Positions 44,046-54,286 are shown, counted from the stretch's first letter. The stretch: 64,000 nucleotides of DNA from Minisyncoccota bacterium (GCA_035627655.1 DASPLI010000001.1:601605-665604); one strand, 5' to 3'. The notes: a model not told the origin generated them from the sequence alone. A program made the numbers and translations.

Positions 44046-45349
44046 ACGTCGTAACGCGTATCCCACCAAGCCCGACCGGGCACTTGCATATTGGAACGGT
44101 GCGAACCGCGCTCTTTAACTATCTCTTTGCGCGCCACCATGACGGCAAATTCATCTTCCGTAGCGAAGATACGGACAAGGCGCGCAGCACCCGACAGTTC
44201 GAAGAGGAAATCATCGAAGGCCTTGAGTGGCTCGGACTGACGCATGACGAGTTCTCGCGCCAAAGCGAAAACCTCATTCGACACCAGGAACTGCTGAAGC
44301 GACTTATCGACGAAGATACGGCCTACGTCTCGAAAGAAGAGAAGAAGGACGGATCAGGAGAAATGGTAGAAGTGGTACGACTTCGAAACCCCGGAAAGAC
44401 GGTTACCTTTGAAGACGTTATCCGCGGAGAAATTTCTTTCGATACGGCAGAGCTCGGCGATTTCGTCATCGCGCGCGCTATTGACGATCCGCTCTACCAC
44501 TTTGCTGTTGTTGCCGACGACATGGACGGCGGCGTCACGCATGTCATTCGTGGTGAAGATCATATCTCAAACACCCCGCGCCAAATTCTTATTCAGGAAG
44601 CGCTTGGTGCACCGCGTCCGGTGTACGCGCACCTGCCGCTTATTCTTGCGCCTGATCGCTCAAAGATGAGCAAGCGTCATGGTGCTGTCTCGCTCCTGGA
44701 GTACCGCGCAGAAGGATTTCTTCCGGAAGCGATCATCAACTATCTTGCGCTCTTGGGTTGGAGTCCGAAGAGTGACCGAGAAGACTTTACACTCCATGAG
44801 CTGGTTGAATCGTTTGATCTTGAGCACGTGCAAAAGTCTGGCGCCGTCTTTGATCGCACGAAATTCCTCTCGGTAAACCAGCGTTGGATGCGTAAACTTT
44901 CGACTGAAGACTTCCTCAAGCGCGGCGACTTTGGCGACCTAGACCAGGAACGCCTTGCGGCGGCTGCGCCACTTATGCAGGAACGAGCGCATACGTTTGG
45001 AGAAGCAAAAGCCCTCCTTGCCGGAGAGCTTGCCTGCCTGTTTTCAACCCCCAATCTGGACCGGGAGACCTTGCTAGAGAAGGAGCCGGCAGATGCTCCC
45101 GGATCTACCAAAGAGGCTCTGGGAGCCCTTATAGGGCTTATAGAAGGGCTTCCTGAGGGCGCTTCGGCCGATGAGGCGAAGGCCGTTCTCATGCCCTATG
45201 CGGACGAGCGGGGTAGGGGGGCGGTCCTCTGGCCGCTTCGCTATGCGCTCTCTGGAGCCCGTCAGTCACCGGATCCCTTCACGCTCGTCTCCATTCTTGG
45301 CATGAAGGAAAGCGTCAGTCGTCTTCATACAGCCCTTGGTATACTTTGA
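44042..45349 (+). CDS. gltX: glutamyl-tRNA synthetase
   Basis: HIGTVRTALFNY (HIGH) and KMSKRHG (KMSKS). 435 aa. Confidence 0.9.
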   Translation: MNVVTRIPPSPTGHLHIGTVRTALFNYLFARHHDGKFIFRSEDTDKARSTRQFEEEIIEGLEWLGLTHDEFSRQSENLIRHQELLKRLIDEDTAYVSKEEKKDGSGEMVEVVRLRNPGKTVTFEDVIRGEISFDTAELGDFVIARAIDDPLYHFAVVADDMDGGVTHVIRGEDHISNTPRQILIQEALGAPRPVYAHLPLILAPDRSKMSKRHGAVSLLEYRAEGFLPEAIINYLALLGWSPKSDREDFTLHELVESFDLEHVQKSGAVFDRTKFLSVNQRWMRKLSTEDFLKRGDFGDLDQERLAAAAPLMQERAHTFGEAKALLAGELACLFSTPNLDRETLLEKEPADAPGSTKEALGALIGLIEGLPEGASADEAKAVLMPYADERGRGAVLWPLRYALSGARQSPDPFTLVSILGMKESVSRLHTALGIL

Positions 45350-45352
45350 GCA

Positions 45353-46603
45353 ATGAAACGCTTTGTTCTTGCGCTGTTGCTCCTTTTGGCAGTTGTAAGC
45401 ATACTGCCGGCTCCTACACACGCAGACACCGTTGCTGAAATCAAAGAGCAGATCGAAGAGATTAATCAGCAGCGCGCGGCGCTAAACGCAGAGATTGCGG
45501 AATATCAGCGGCAGCTTGGCGTTATTTCCGGACAGAAGCAAACATTGCAGTCTGCAATCCAAACAATCGACGTATCTCGCAACAAGACGTCTGCGCAGAT
45601 CAGGGATATTCAAGCAAAGATCTCTGCTGCAACTCTCAAGCTTTCGCAGCTTGCACTTGAGATCAACAACAAGGAAGACTCCATAGCACTTGATCAGGCT
45701 GCGGTCGCTTCTTCGCTCCGTAACATTCACGCATCTGACGATGTATCGCTCATTGAGCAGTTGTTTGCCGCCGACGACCTGGCGGACGCGTGGGTATCCG
45801 TCGACAACCTCGGCGCACTCAACCAAGCGCTCCAGTCGCATGCAAACGCGCTCTCAGAAGCAAAAACGCAGCTTGCCATGCAGCAGGAGGCGGTTGCTTC
45901 AACCAAGAACGAGCTTTCGTCGGCCAACGTTGATTTGAATAACCAAAAGAAGGCGCTCGACGTGCAGAAGGCGGAGAAGTCTACGCTTCTTTCGCAGACT
46001 CAGTCGCAGGAAGCGCAGTATCAGGCGCTTATTGCGCAGAAGCGCGCTGAAGAAGCAACATTCGAGGCAGCACTCTTCGAGTTGTCGTCGCAACTCAAGG
46101 CGGCGGACAATACGCTTGTGTCCGCACCAGGAAAAGGAGTGCTCGCCTGGCCGCTCGACTCTATCCGTATCACGCAGTATTTCGGTCGGACCAGTGACTC
46201 CGGCCGCCTCTATGCATCTGGTACGCATGACGGTGTCGACTTCGGCGTTGGGTCTGGCACACCGGTCAAGGCCGCACTCTCCGGTACGGTCATGCAGATC
46301 AATACCGGCGCAGTACAAAACTGTCAGTACGGGAAGTGGGTACTCATTCGGCACGATAACGGTCTTGCGACCCTCTACGCGCACCTCTCATCCATTTCCG
46401 TTTCTTCCGGAGAAACCGTTTCTACCGGCCAGGTCGTCGGCTACTCAGGCATGACCGGATATGCAACCGGTCCGCACCTCCACTTCACCGTCTATAACGC
46501 AAGCTCGGTCGCCTTCAAGCAGTACACGTGTAAGAGTGGTTACACCGTGACCGTGCCGATTGCACCACCAAACGGTTACCTTGACCCGATGTCTTATCTC
46601 TAA
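45353..46603 (+). CDS. M23/LytM peptidase with N-terminal coiled coil (EnvC-like)
   Basis: Signal peptide, ~250 aa of coiled coil, then HDGVDFGVGSGTPVKAALSGTV...HLHF (M23 core). Confidence 0.8.
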   Translation: MKRFVLALLLLLAVVSILPAPTHADTVAEIKEQIEEINQQRAALNAEIAEYQRQLGVISGQKQTLQSAIQTIDVSRNKTSAQIRDIQAKISAATLKLSQLALEINNKEDSIALDQAAVASSLRNIHASDDVSLIEQLFAADDLADAWVSVDNLGALNQALQSHANALSEAKTQLAMQQEAVASTKNELSSANVDLNNQKKALDVQKAEKSTLLSQTQSQEAQYQALIAQKRAEEATFEAALFELSSQLKAADNTLVSAPGKGVLAWPLDSIRITQYFGRTSDSGRLYASGTHDGVDFGVGSGTPVKAALSGTVMQINTGAVQNCQYGKWVLIRHDNGLATLYAHLSSISVSSGETVSTGQVVGYSGMTGYATGPHLHFTVYNASSVAFKQYTCKSGYTVTVPIAPPNGYLDPMSYL

Positions 46604-46605
46604 GT

Positions 46606-47085
46606 ATGGAAACGTACTCTGACATGAAAGAAGCTCCGTCCGCTGAGCGGTTGGAACTCGCCGCGCTTGAAGCTTCGGGCGAGTACGTCTTCCACGGATC
46701 AGGTGATGACCTAATTGCACTTGAGCCGCGGCAAGCTATTGATACAAAAAAAGGACCGGATGGCCCGCCGGCGGTATTCGCTTCAAATAAGGCAGATTAC
46801 GCTATTTTCATGGCTATTGTGAACAAAGAGAATTGCCCGCACGGGTCCCGTTCTCGGGCTGGCGCGCGTAGCGGGGTGCTTAGTTTTGGCATGACGCCCG
46901 AGACCGCTAAGCAACTGACGGACGAAGCAGGCGGTTATGTATACGTATTTGATAAGGCGCAGTTTACGCCGCGAGAGCGCGGCGGCGTAGAGTATGTGAG
47001 CTATGAGCGCGTGGAGCCGGTACGCAAGATCCGAGTCGGAAAGCGCGACCTGCCAGACAACATCACGCTCTTTGAGGGCGAATAA
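46606..47085 (+). CDS. hypothetical protein
   Basis: 159 aa with coherent composition and no recognised motif. Confidence 0.4.
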   Translation: METYSDMKEAPSAERLELAALEASGEYVFHGSGDDLIALEPRQAIDTKKGPDGPPAVFASNKADYAIFMAIVNKENCPHGSRSRAGARSGVLSFGMTPETAKQLTDEAGGYVYVFDKAQFTPRERGGVEYVSYERVEPVRKIRVGKRDLPDNITLFEGE

Positions 47086-47162
47086 TTTTCCACACTTGAC
47101 CCTGCTGATATAACGCGCGACAGTACTAGAGCCACGGTCCAACTAGAAAGAAAGGAACCGTA

Positions 47163-47453
47163 ATGACTCCTAGTGCGATTGTGCGGATCATCGAAGGGTA
47201 CGAGGCGCAGCTCCTGGCTGCGAGCGTTCCCAAACAGAGGATGGATCCTTCACGAGCATTTTCCTCGCTCACGAAGGATGAAATCCTCGCACACGCTCAT
47301 TACCTGTGTGACGGCGCGAAAGTATTTGCCGGAACCGAAGGAAAGTTCGGTAAGGCAAATCGGCACCTCACCGCCATCCAGATGTGTCTTAGCTTTGCAG
47401 GCTGGTATACGCTTGCGGATCTTATGGAGCACAACCGCTCAACCCCTGATTGA
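47163..47453 (+). CDS. hypothetical protein
   Basis: 96 aa. Confidence 0.35.
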   Translation: MTPSAIVRIIEGYEAQLLAASVPKQRMDPSRAFSSLTKDEILAHAHYLCDGAKVFAGTEGKFGKANRHLTAIQMCLSFAGWYTLADLMEHNRSTPD

Positions 47454-47457
47454 GCAA

Positions 47458-47486
47458 AAGCCGCCCCAGATAGGTCGGGGCGGCTT
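47458..47486. terminator. bidirectional terminator hairpin
   Basis: AAGCCGCCCC, loop AGATAGGTC, then GGGGCGGCTT between convergent genes. Confidence 0.55.
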
Positions 47487-47504
47487 CGTTGTGCGCTACA
47501 TCTC

Positions 47505-47852
47505 TTAGACCGAACGCCGCACGAAGAAGCGTCCGATAACGTAGAAGAGCAGAGCGCCGATCGCGCCGTAGGTAACGGCGACACGCAGGAACTCGAGCGG
47601 CCATGGACAGATCCAAAGGCCCCAGACTGCCACCGGGATGGTGGCAAGTTCAAGCGTGATGCGAGCGGCATCGTTTCTGATGGGCGCGGTCTGACCGTGC
47701 GGAAGCACGCGTTCGCGGATCACGACTAGCAGGACGAATCCAGCAAGTCCGATCCACCAATACGGCGTAAACAGCAGGGCAAGCAGCCCGCCGATCCGCA
47801 CGGTCGGAAGAATCGCCAAAAGTAGGACATTGAGCACCGGGAACCTCCTCAC
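47505..47852 (-). CDS. small membrane protein (hypothetical)
   Basis: 115 aa, 3-4 TM helices. Confidence 0.4.
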   Translation of the reverse strand: MRRFPVLNVLLLAILPTVRIGGLLALLFTPYWWIGLAGFVLLVVIRERVLPHGQTAPIRNDAARITLELATIPVAVWGLWICPWPLEFLRVAVTYGAIGALLFYVIGRFFVRRSV

Positions 47853-47896
47853 ATTGCTCTAAAAGCAGTATGCCATCAGATTTTACTTATGTCAAA

Positions 47897-48508
47897 CTAT
47901 GCGCCATCTCTGGTCCGCCAGAGTATGCGACATGCAACCGACCGATGTGGCGACCAACAACCGGCAATACGCTCAAGCTTTGCGCGTGGAGGATTTCGCT
48001 TCAAGCCATAGAGCATTTCCATGGCACGTACGAGGCCTAAGTCTCCAGGAGAAAAAATATCTGGATGCCCAAGCCCGAACATAAGGAACATTTCTGCGGT
48101 CCATGGGCCGATACCCCACACAACCGTAAGGCGTTCAGTGGCTTCTTCCGGGGTTGCGCGCCGTAGCGCAGGGAGGTCGAGTCCGTTTCGAATCGCTTTT
48201 GCAAGCTCCTTCAACGTCTTAGCTTTTGCAGCTGAAAGACCGCAGGCACGCATGCGGGGGAGTGAGATGCGGGAAATTGACTCTGGTGTCACCTTGCCGC
48301 CACACGCCTCCTTGAGGCGCCCCCAAATGGTGTCGGAAGCTTTGACGGACAATTGCTGGCTCACGATCGATTCGCACAGGGAAGCGAAAAGCTGGTCTCT
48401 GTTCTTTCTGGTATGCGGACGCAGGACATGCCGGTGCTTCAGGGCTGCCTGGTACAGGATGGGGTCAGCCTGCTTGAAATGGCGAAGGGCCTTGTCAAGG
48501 TCGGTCAT
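47897..48508 (-). CDS. HhH-GPD base-excision repair glycosylase (AlkA/3-methyladenine glycosylase II-like)
   Basis: VWGIGPWTAEMFLMFGLGHPDIFSPGDLGL, the HhH-GPD motif with the catalytic Asp. Confidence 0.7.
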   Translation of the reverse strand: MTDLDKALRHFKQADPILYQAALKHRHVLRPHTRKNRDQLFASLCESIVSQQLSVKASDTIWGRLKEACGGKVTPESISRISLPRMRACGLSAAKAKTLKELAKAIRNGLDLPALRRATPEEATERLTVVWGIGPWTAEMFLMFGLGHPDIFSPGDLGLVRAMEMLYGLKRNPPRAKLERIAGCWSPHRSVACRILWRTRDGA

Positions 48509-48547
48509 ATTGCCTCATTCTACCTGCCCGCTATACTTTAGGTACAT

Positions 48548-48742
48548 ATGATACGACTTGTCATTTGGATCGTTGTCGGGCTTCTCGCCCTTTCCTTTTT
48601 CGGTGTCTCGCTTCGCGCGCTCGTTGAGAATCCGACAAACCAGGACAATCTTTCCTTCCTTTCCGATATGGTAGAGATGGGCTGGGACTACATCGTTGCG
48701 TGGTTTACGAGTATCTGGGAAGCAGCAACCTGGTGGTCATAG
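48548..48742 (+). CDS. small membrane protein (hypothetical)
   Basis: 64 aa with an N-terminal TM helix. Confidence 0.35.
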   Translation: MIRLVIWIVVGLLALSFFGVSLRALVENPTNQDNLSFLSDMVEMGWDYIVAWFTSIWEAATWWS

Positions 48743-48745
48743 ATC

Positions 48746-48991
48746 ATGGCTGACTCCAAGCAGATCGCGCTTCGTGTTTCTCCTGATTCTACTCCCGTTT
48801 TCGCAAACATCGCCCAAGTGAGCGTCTCTGATGAAGCGGTTGTGCTTCAGTTTGCGTATATCCGTCCCCATGAACCGGAAGGTCAGCTCTTGAGCGAGGT
48901 CGTGCTATCTCCAAAACACGCTATCGCATTTGGACGATCTCTCGACGCCACGATCAAAAAACACTTTACGCGCCATCTGACAGATAAGTGA
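48746..48991 (+). CDS. small hypothetical protein (DUF3467-like?)
   Basis: 81 aa. RVSPDSTPVFANIAQVSVSDEAVVLQF resembles the DUF3467 family from memory. Confidence 0.35.
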   Translation: MADSKQIALRVSPDSTPVFANIAQVSVSDEAVVLQFAYIRPHEPEGQLLSEVVLSPKHAIAFGRSLDATIKKHFTRHLTDK

Positions 48992-49104
48992 CAGTTAGTG
49001 ACCGGTGGGTGACCATATGAACTTCTTCATAAACCTTTCAGGAGGCCCGGTATACCCTCGAACGTGTTAGCGGCTTTGCGCTAACGCTCATAACCTTCAC
49101 GATC

Positions 49105-49341
49105 ATGACTAAGCTTCTTCTTGGAGCGCTTGCCGTCGCAGCGGCTACAGCGCTACCGACGTCTGCATTTGCGCAGGTCTTCGCCTACGTAAATACGACG
49201 GGTGAGGTGATGACTATGGACGCTAACTCGGCAAACGAGGCGCTTCTAACCGCACCGAACCTCCATGTGCGTAGTGGTGTGATGCTTGTCGACGATGCAG
49301 CAGATAATGCGGTCGTTGGCGACGACGTCCCAGGTACGTAA
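49105..49341 (+). CDS. small secreted protein (weak)
   Basis: 78 aa with a signal-peptide-like N-terminus MTKLLLGALAVAAATALPTSAFA. Confidence 0.3.
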   Translation: MTKLLLGALAVAAATALPTSAFAQVFAYVNTTGEVMTMDANSANEALLTAPNLHVRSGVMLVDDAADNAVVGDDVPGT

Positions 49342-49459
49342 TCCTCCGTCCCGTCAGTCGTCTGAACTCCCGAGAACCTCTTCTCGGGAGTTCATTCGTT
49401 CCTTCATGAAGGATCCAGCCCGAGTCGCTCATAATTACTTTTTCCTCTACACTTTCTCT

Positions 49460-50263
49460 ATGACTACTTTTCGCACAGGAGCACTCGCGCTTCTTATCGG
49501 ACTTATTATGGCGATGCCTGGTATGGCATTTGCTGCAGATGGATCGTTTGATGACTCGTCGCTTTCCGGCGTAACTCGCAAGGTAACGCTCACGGGCGAG
49601 ACCGATGCAACAAAAGTTCGCATTGTGGTTGAAAACGAAGACGGCAAGAAGGTGTACACGAGCCGCACTATCAAAGTCAGGGACGGGGAGTGGCGCGCCC
49701 GCATTTCCAAGAACCTCAAACCTGGAGACTACGAAGTAACTCTCTACGACGACAGCGGCAAGAAACGCGTTGAGCTTGATACGGCAACGCTGACCGTCAC
49801 GTCAAAGAACGGCTCGTCTAAAAGCTCGTCCAAGGGCGGCGAGCTCGCCGTTTCCGGCGTACCGCTTCTTATGGGTGGAACCGCAAACGCAAACACCTCA
49901 GTTCCGGTAGCCTACATAAAAGTGACAAACAAAGGGAAGTCGGATACATCCATTTCTGGCTTCAATCTCGTTGAAACTGGATCGGCGCCAGATAGTGTCG
50001 TGACTGGATTTAGCACAAGCGACGATAAGGGCGGCTCTCGATCTACGGTCTCCGCAACGTTCAACAAAAAGGGTCAGGCGTTTGTTCCGCTTGCCGCAAC
50101 ACTTGCGCCAGGTCAGTTCCGAATCTACACGATCAAAGCAGTGATCGGCAGCAACACCTCATTCGGCTCGCAGCTTCGTATCAATGTCGCTGGCATTGAA
50201 ACGGGTGCAAAGACAACCGCCGCATTCCCAATCATCGGTACGACCTTTACGCTTGGTATATAA
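49460..50263 (+). CDS. exported protein (signal peptide; hypothetical)
   Basis: Internal ATG at 49460 gives the signal peptide MTTFRTGALALLIGLIMAMPGMAFA. The rest is a beta-rich Ser/Thr/Gly domain. Followed by the hairpin GCCGCCTTCACTGTGGAAGGCGGGC. Confidence 0.5.
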   Translation: MTTFRTGALALLIGLIMAMPGMAFAADGSFDDSSLSGVTRKVTLTGETDATKVRIVVENEDGKKVYTSRTIKVRDGEWRARISKNLKPGDYEVTLYDDSGKKRVELDTATLTVTSKNGSSKSSSKGGELAVSGVPLLMGGTANANTSVPVAYIKVTNKGKSDTSISGFNLVETGSAPDSVVTGFSTSDDKGGSRSTVSATFNKKGQAFVPLAATLAPGQFRIYTIKAVIGSNTSFGSQLRINVAGIETGAKTTAAFPIIGTTFTLGI

Positions 50264-51021
50264 AAAGAAGCCGCCTTCACTGTGGAAGGCGGGCGACGGG
50301 AGATCTCTAAGGGGACAGTCAGATTCGTTTTTGCTCGAGCCGGGAGGGAACCAGCGAGCACGAATTCCAGACCGAAGATCCCCCGTCTGTTGAAATTGTG
50401 CGCCTGTGGGTTAGGGAAGTCAAGGATGAGAAAAACACCTCCATTTTCTGGAGGCGTTTGTGCGACACATGGCCAGGCGCTATCCAGGGGCTTAGGTTGG
50501 ATAGCAACCGGGGCTGAGGTTTTCTGACCACGTGCCGCACCCCTATGGTAGGTCGAATGCTGTGGGCCGTATATGAAGAATGAAGCTGTACCTAAGCCAA
50601 ATCTCGGATGGCCGAGAACTAGGGAAGAGGCCTTTCAGTTCCTCGTCTCCTCTTTCCTCGCGCATTCTTCACCTCCTCGGACTATCCACACCCAAGCTCC
50701 TCTGACTAAACCTATACAGATACGCCTCGTATACGGCCTTTTAGAGCCCTTCTAGTATCCCTAATGACCCGAGACCCCTCGAGACCAATACCTATACCTC
50801 TTCTCCTACGTATAGTTCGCAAAAGATATATTGTGCGAAGTCTATAGTTTTCTCTAAGGCTATGGAATCTAGCCCTGCACTAAATACAACTCCCTGCCCG
50901 ATCACCAGATCTCACGAAATTTTTTCCGCGACTCAACATTCTTACGTACTCTTTTTATTTCAAAAACTATTCTTCGCTCCGTCTCTTCCCTAGTGCGGGG
51001 AAGCGGGTGGGCGGGGAGGGG

Positions 51022-51840
51022 TCAGAGATTCTTGAATTGGTCTTTAATGTCCTCCTGCTCCCCTGCCCCTCCAGGCAAATCGAGATTGACGGTCTCGTTG
51101 GTTGTTTGTTCGTAGAAATCTTTAAGATCCCGAAGCGCATCAATCGTACTGTCTGAAAGTTTCGAAACATTATCCTTGTTTCGTATCCAAGCGGCAGCAT
51201 CTTGCCAGAGTTGTCGGAGCTCGGGCGGCAAGTGCGTCTGTGCGCGATCTGCTGAGTCCGCAAGCGCATAGCGCATAAAATAGGAGAAACCTTCTTTTCG
51301 GCGCTGCTGCATACGTGGATCATTCTCTTTTTTCTCGTCAGAGAAAAGTTCGTCTTCTCGATTGATGAGTTCTTCAACGAAAGCCTGTACTGCTTTGTCG
51401 TACGTCTCACGCTCACTCTCCGACATGTGTTCAATGCCAGCGGCTCTTCCGAGGAAACTCCTGTACTGGTCGAACACAGCGGACTTCACCGACGTGCGAA
51501 GTCGCTCCTCACCCATGGCGGCATTACCTGCTCCATCCAAGTGCTTTGCCGTTGAGATGTAACTCATGGCGCGGTCAACGGTTTTCGTAAAATACGGATC
51601 TTGTTCGTACTGCTCTGCCCGATGCCATGACACATCCTGGTTTGGCGCAAGCTTCGCAAGATGCAGCGCTGCCTGCTTGCGGAGTTCCGGATACCGGAGC
51701 AACACAGCGTCAAAAATATAAAACTGCAGCTCGGGCATGCCCTGCGACATTTGAAACGACCAGAATATGATGTTGGCAAACTTTTTCTCGACGTCCTCCT
51801 GCCCTTCCCTGGTTTCTGTTTTCGGAGGAAATTCAGACAT
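51022..51840 (-). CDS. hypothetical cytoplasmic helical protein
   Basis: The ATG (minus 51840) lies 2 nt after the LOG stop, which suggests translational coupling. The track's in-frame GTG is at 51849. No TM helices. Confidence 0.5.
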   Translation of the reverse strand: MSEFPPKTETREGQEDVEKKFANIIFWSFQMSQGMPELQFYIFDAVLLRYPELRKQAALHLAKLAPNQDVSWHRAEQYEQDPYFTKTVDRAMSYISTAKHLDGAGNAAMGEERLRTSVKSAVFDQYRSFLGRAAGIEHMSESERETYDKAVQAFVEELINREDELFSDEKKENDPRMQQRRKEGFSYFMRYALADSADRAQTHLPPELRQLWQDAAAWIRNKDNVSKLSDSTIDALRDLKDFYEQTTNETVNLDLPGGAGEQEDIKDQFKNL

Positions 51841-51842
51841 AC

Positions 51843-52622
51843 CTAGCACTTCGTATTGGCAACAATGTAGTCGAATGCTTCGTCGACTGAATCAACGATG
51901 TGGAAGATCTCCATGTCTTCTGGATCAATCGCGCTGTACTTCTCGAGAAGCGTCTTGCGGAAGCCTTCGATAGCTGGCGTCCAGAATTCTTTTCCATAGA
52001 GAACGACCGGGATGCGCTTGATCTTCTGTGTCTGGATCAGTGTGACGATTTCGAAGAATTCGTCGAGCGTACCAAAACCACCGGGGAAATAGATATAGAC
52101 TTCGGATGCAAACGTGAGCATCACCTTTCGTACGAAAAAGTGGCTGAAGTAAATTTCTTCAGTTACGTACTTATTCATGGCCTGGCTCTCGTTGAGGTGG
52201 ATGTTGAGACCAACCGAAGCACCGCCCGCCTCATATGCGCCTTTGTTGGCAGCCTCCATGATGCCTGCCGATCCGCCGGTAATAACTGCAAACCCGCGCT
52301 TAGCGAGCCGTCCGGCAAGTTCCGTTGCCGACTGATAGTAGTGGTGTTCAAAGCCAACGCGGTTTGAGCCAAAGAAGGTGGCAGCGAGCGCATATTTCTG
52401 AATAAGCTCGAAGCCTTCCACAAACTCGGACATGATCTTAAAGACGCGCCATGGCTCAAGCTCGCGCGGCTTGCAGACAAGCGGTTCAGGAATAGTCGGC
52501 ACCTTCCCCTTGCCTTCCTCAATATGACGCGAGAGTTTCGCGCCCATCATGTGATGATCGGCGGGATCCGTCACCGGATGCGACAACGGAAGGTTGCTTG
52601 GGCTTAGGATTTCGTCTGCCAT
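51843..52622 (-). CDS. LOG-family protein (TIGR00730; cytokinin riboside 5'-monophosphate phosphoribohydrolase-like)
   Basis: GGSAGIMEA and PGGFGTLDEFFE signature motifs. Confidence 0.8.
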   Translation of the reverse strand: MADEILSPSNLPLSHPVTDPADHHMMGAKLSRHIEEGKGKVPTIPEPLVCKPRELEPWRVFKIMSEFVEGFELIQKYALAATFFGSNRVGFEHHYYQSATELAGRLAKRGFAVITGGSAGIMEAANKGAYEAGGASVGLNIHLNESQAMNKYVTEEIYFSHFFVRKVMLTFASEVYIYFPGGFGTLDEFFEIVTLIQTQKIKRIPVVLYGKEFWTPAIEGFRKTLLEKYSAIDPEDMEIFHIVDSVDEAFDYIVANTKC

Positions 52623-53203
52623 GGTATTGGAAAAGATGAAAAGTCCGGAATGACGTTCTTATTATACGCCATTCGCGCGATAACTTCTGCATGCCAGAGC
52701 GCTCCCGTTAGCGCATTGTGTGGATGTGTTTCTTCCGGAAGGCCGCAGTACTCAAGCACGGTCTTTGAATTGATTGCTGAGTGATTGCGGATCTGCGGCA
52801 CTTCTTTTCCATGAAGCGTCATGTGAAGCCACGTAAGGCTGTGGAGATCAAGGGTGCGGTGTGCAAACGGACATTCGATATGCGCGCGGCGCGCGGCAGC
52901 TTCGAGAAAGGCGCGATCGAACGCAACATTCTGTGCGGCAAGCGTCCGATCCTTGGGTCGATCGGTCGCCCACGCAAAGAAAGCGGCAATGAGTTCCGCT
53001 TCGGTCTTCTTCTCCGAATCTTTTGCATCCTCCTCGCTGAAGCCGTTTATCTCGCAAGCCTCCTTCTCTATCTTCGCCCCGCCCCAGATTCGACACTCGT
53101 CGTAAAACTGGTTGGTGGGCTCGTCCAGATCAAGCGCTCCAATCGAGAGAATGGAGTGCTGATCCGGATTGGTGCCGCTGGATTCAACGTCGAGAACAAT
53201 CAT
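52604..53203 (-). CDS. DEDD-family 3'-5' exonuclease (DnaQ/RNase T-like)
   Basis: MIVLDVESSG (Exo I) ...H..NVAFDRAFL (Exo II)...HNALTGALWHAE (Exo III, DEDDh). Confidence 0.75.
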   Translation of the reverse strand: MIVLDVESSGTNPDQHSILSIGALDLDEPTNQFYDECRIWGGAKIEKEACEINGFSEEDAKDSEKKTEAELIAAFFAWATDRPKDRTLAAQNVAFDRAFLEAAARRAHIECPFAHRTLDLHSLTWLHMTLHGKEVPQIRNHSAINSKTVLEYCGLPEETHPHNALTGALWHAEVIARMAYNKNVIPDFSSFPIPWQTKS

Positions 53204-53296
53204 TTGACTCTAGTGTACCAGGTACAGATTCCTCCTTGACTAGAAAAGGATAATTCTGCATAGTGTGACTCGCTTGGTTAGCGAAAGGAGGAATCT

Positions 53297-53539
53297 GTGC
53301 TGACGTTTCTGCTGACCTGGTTATCGTACTTTCTCATCATCACCCTCGCACTCGTGATCGTCTTTGGGATTTGGATGAAAACCGCCAATCCCGCTGGCAT
53401 TGCGTATGCGATGGCATTCTTCCTGCCCGGACCCCTGCTACCATTCGTTCTTATCGGTCTGCCACTTCTATTGGCGATCATTGGGAGCGTGGACCCACTC
53501 GGTTGGTTCTGGACAGGCGTTGTTGGAATCGACTCATAA
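53297..53539 (+). CDS. small 3-TM membrane protein (hypothetical)
   Basis: GTG start with an AAAGGAGG SD. Confidence 0.4.
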   Translation: MLTFLLTWLSYFLIITLALVIVFGIWMKTANPAGIAYAMAFFLPGPLLPFVLIGLPLLLAIIGSVDPLGWFWTGVVGIDS

Positions 53540-53585
53540 CTTGAGTCGATCCTAGGAGGCCGCTTCACACCCGAAGCGGCTTCTT

Positions 53586-53996
53586 CTATATCCCCTTACA
53601 GTTTGCTGCTGGCGTATACCCTGCCGCCTCTGCATCTGCTTTCGTTGAAAACCACACCTTATTTTCTTCCTTGATGTTCTTCACTCCCCCGCACCACGGA
53701 AGGTAGTACCGAGTTCCGTTTTTAGAAGCGACATATTGCCCGCCTGCGTTCATGGCAGGCTCTGGGTCTGGAGCTACCTCCACTGCTGAAGCGCTTGCGG
53801 CAGGCAACGAATGCTCAAGCGGCAGCTGCTCGATATAGACCTGCCCTACCCCACCCTCCTGGGAAGCCAGGTACCCGAGCCCGAAGCTTGCAGAACAGGA
53901 AAAAACGAGCACCAGAGCCATGAGGGCGCCCTCAGGGATGCGCGCGAGGAGGCGTTTGCCAGACGCCGAAAGCTGCGCTATAATAGGCATATTCAC
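53586..53996 (-). CDS. membrane-anchored protein with C-terminal Cys-containing domain (hypothetical)
   Basis: N-terminal TM helix. The C-terminus YYLPWCGGVKNIKEENKVWFSTKADAEAAGYTPAANCKG looks like a putative metal-binding motif. Confidence 0.4.
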   Translation of the reverse strand: MNMPIIAQLSASGKRLLARIPEGALMALVLVFSCSASFGLGYLASQEGGVGQVYIEQLPLEHSLPAASASAVEVAPDPEPAMNAGGQYVASKNGTRYYLPWCGGVKNIKEENKVWFSTKADAEAAGYTPAANCKGI

Positions 53997-54012
53997 GTTT
54001 TAGTATACCAGT

Positions 54013-54285
54013 ATGGCATCAACCAAAGCCGGTGGCTCAACCCAAAATGTACGCGACTCAAACCCGAAGTATCTCGGGGTAAAGCTTGCTGACGGCCAGA
54101 AGGCCAAGGCCGGCCAGGTCATCGTCCGCCAGCGCGGCACCAAGATCGAGGCAGGTCAGAACGTCCGCGTCGGTAAGGATCACACCCTCTACGCTTCCAC
54201 CGACGGAAAGGTCTCCTTCACCGAACGCCGGAAGACCAAGTACGACGGTCGCGTCGTTCGAAAGAAAGTCGCCAACGTGCTCTAA
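54013..54285 (+). CDS. rpmA: 50S ribosomal protein L27
   Basis: [18 protein letters not shown]...[24 protein letters not shown]. Confidence 0.85.
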   Translation: MASTKAGGSTQNVRDSNPKYLGVKLADGQKAKAGQVIVRQRGTKIEAGQNVRVGKDHTLYASTDGKVSFTERRKTKYDGRVVRKKVANVL

Positions 54286-54286
54286 A

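Noticed and set aside
50302-50560. tmRNA (ssrA) hypothesis for the region starting GGGGACAGTCAGATTCG
   Set aside because: No T-arm (GGTTCGAnTCC) plus acceptor/CCA-adjacent 3' end and no recognisable tag-peptide reading frame. It cannot be supported by eye, so it is reported only as an unresolved non-coding gap.
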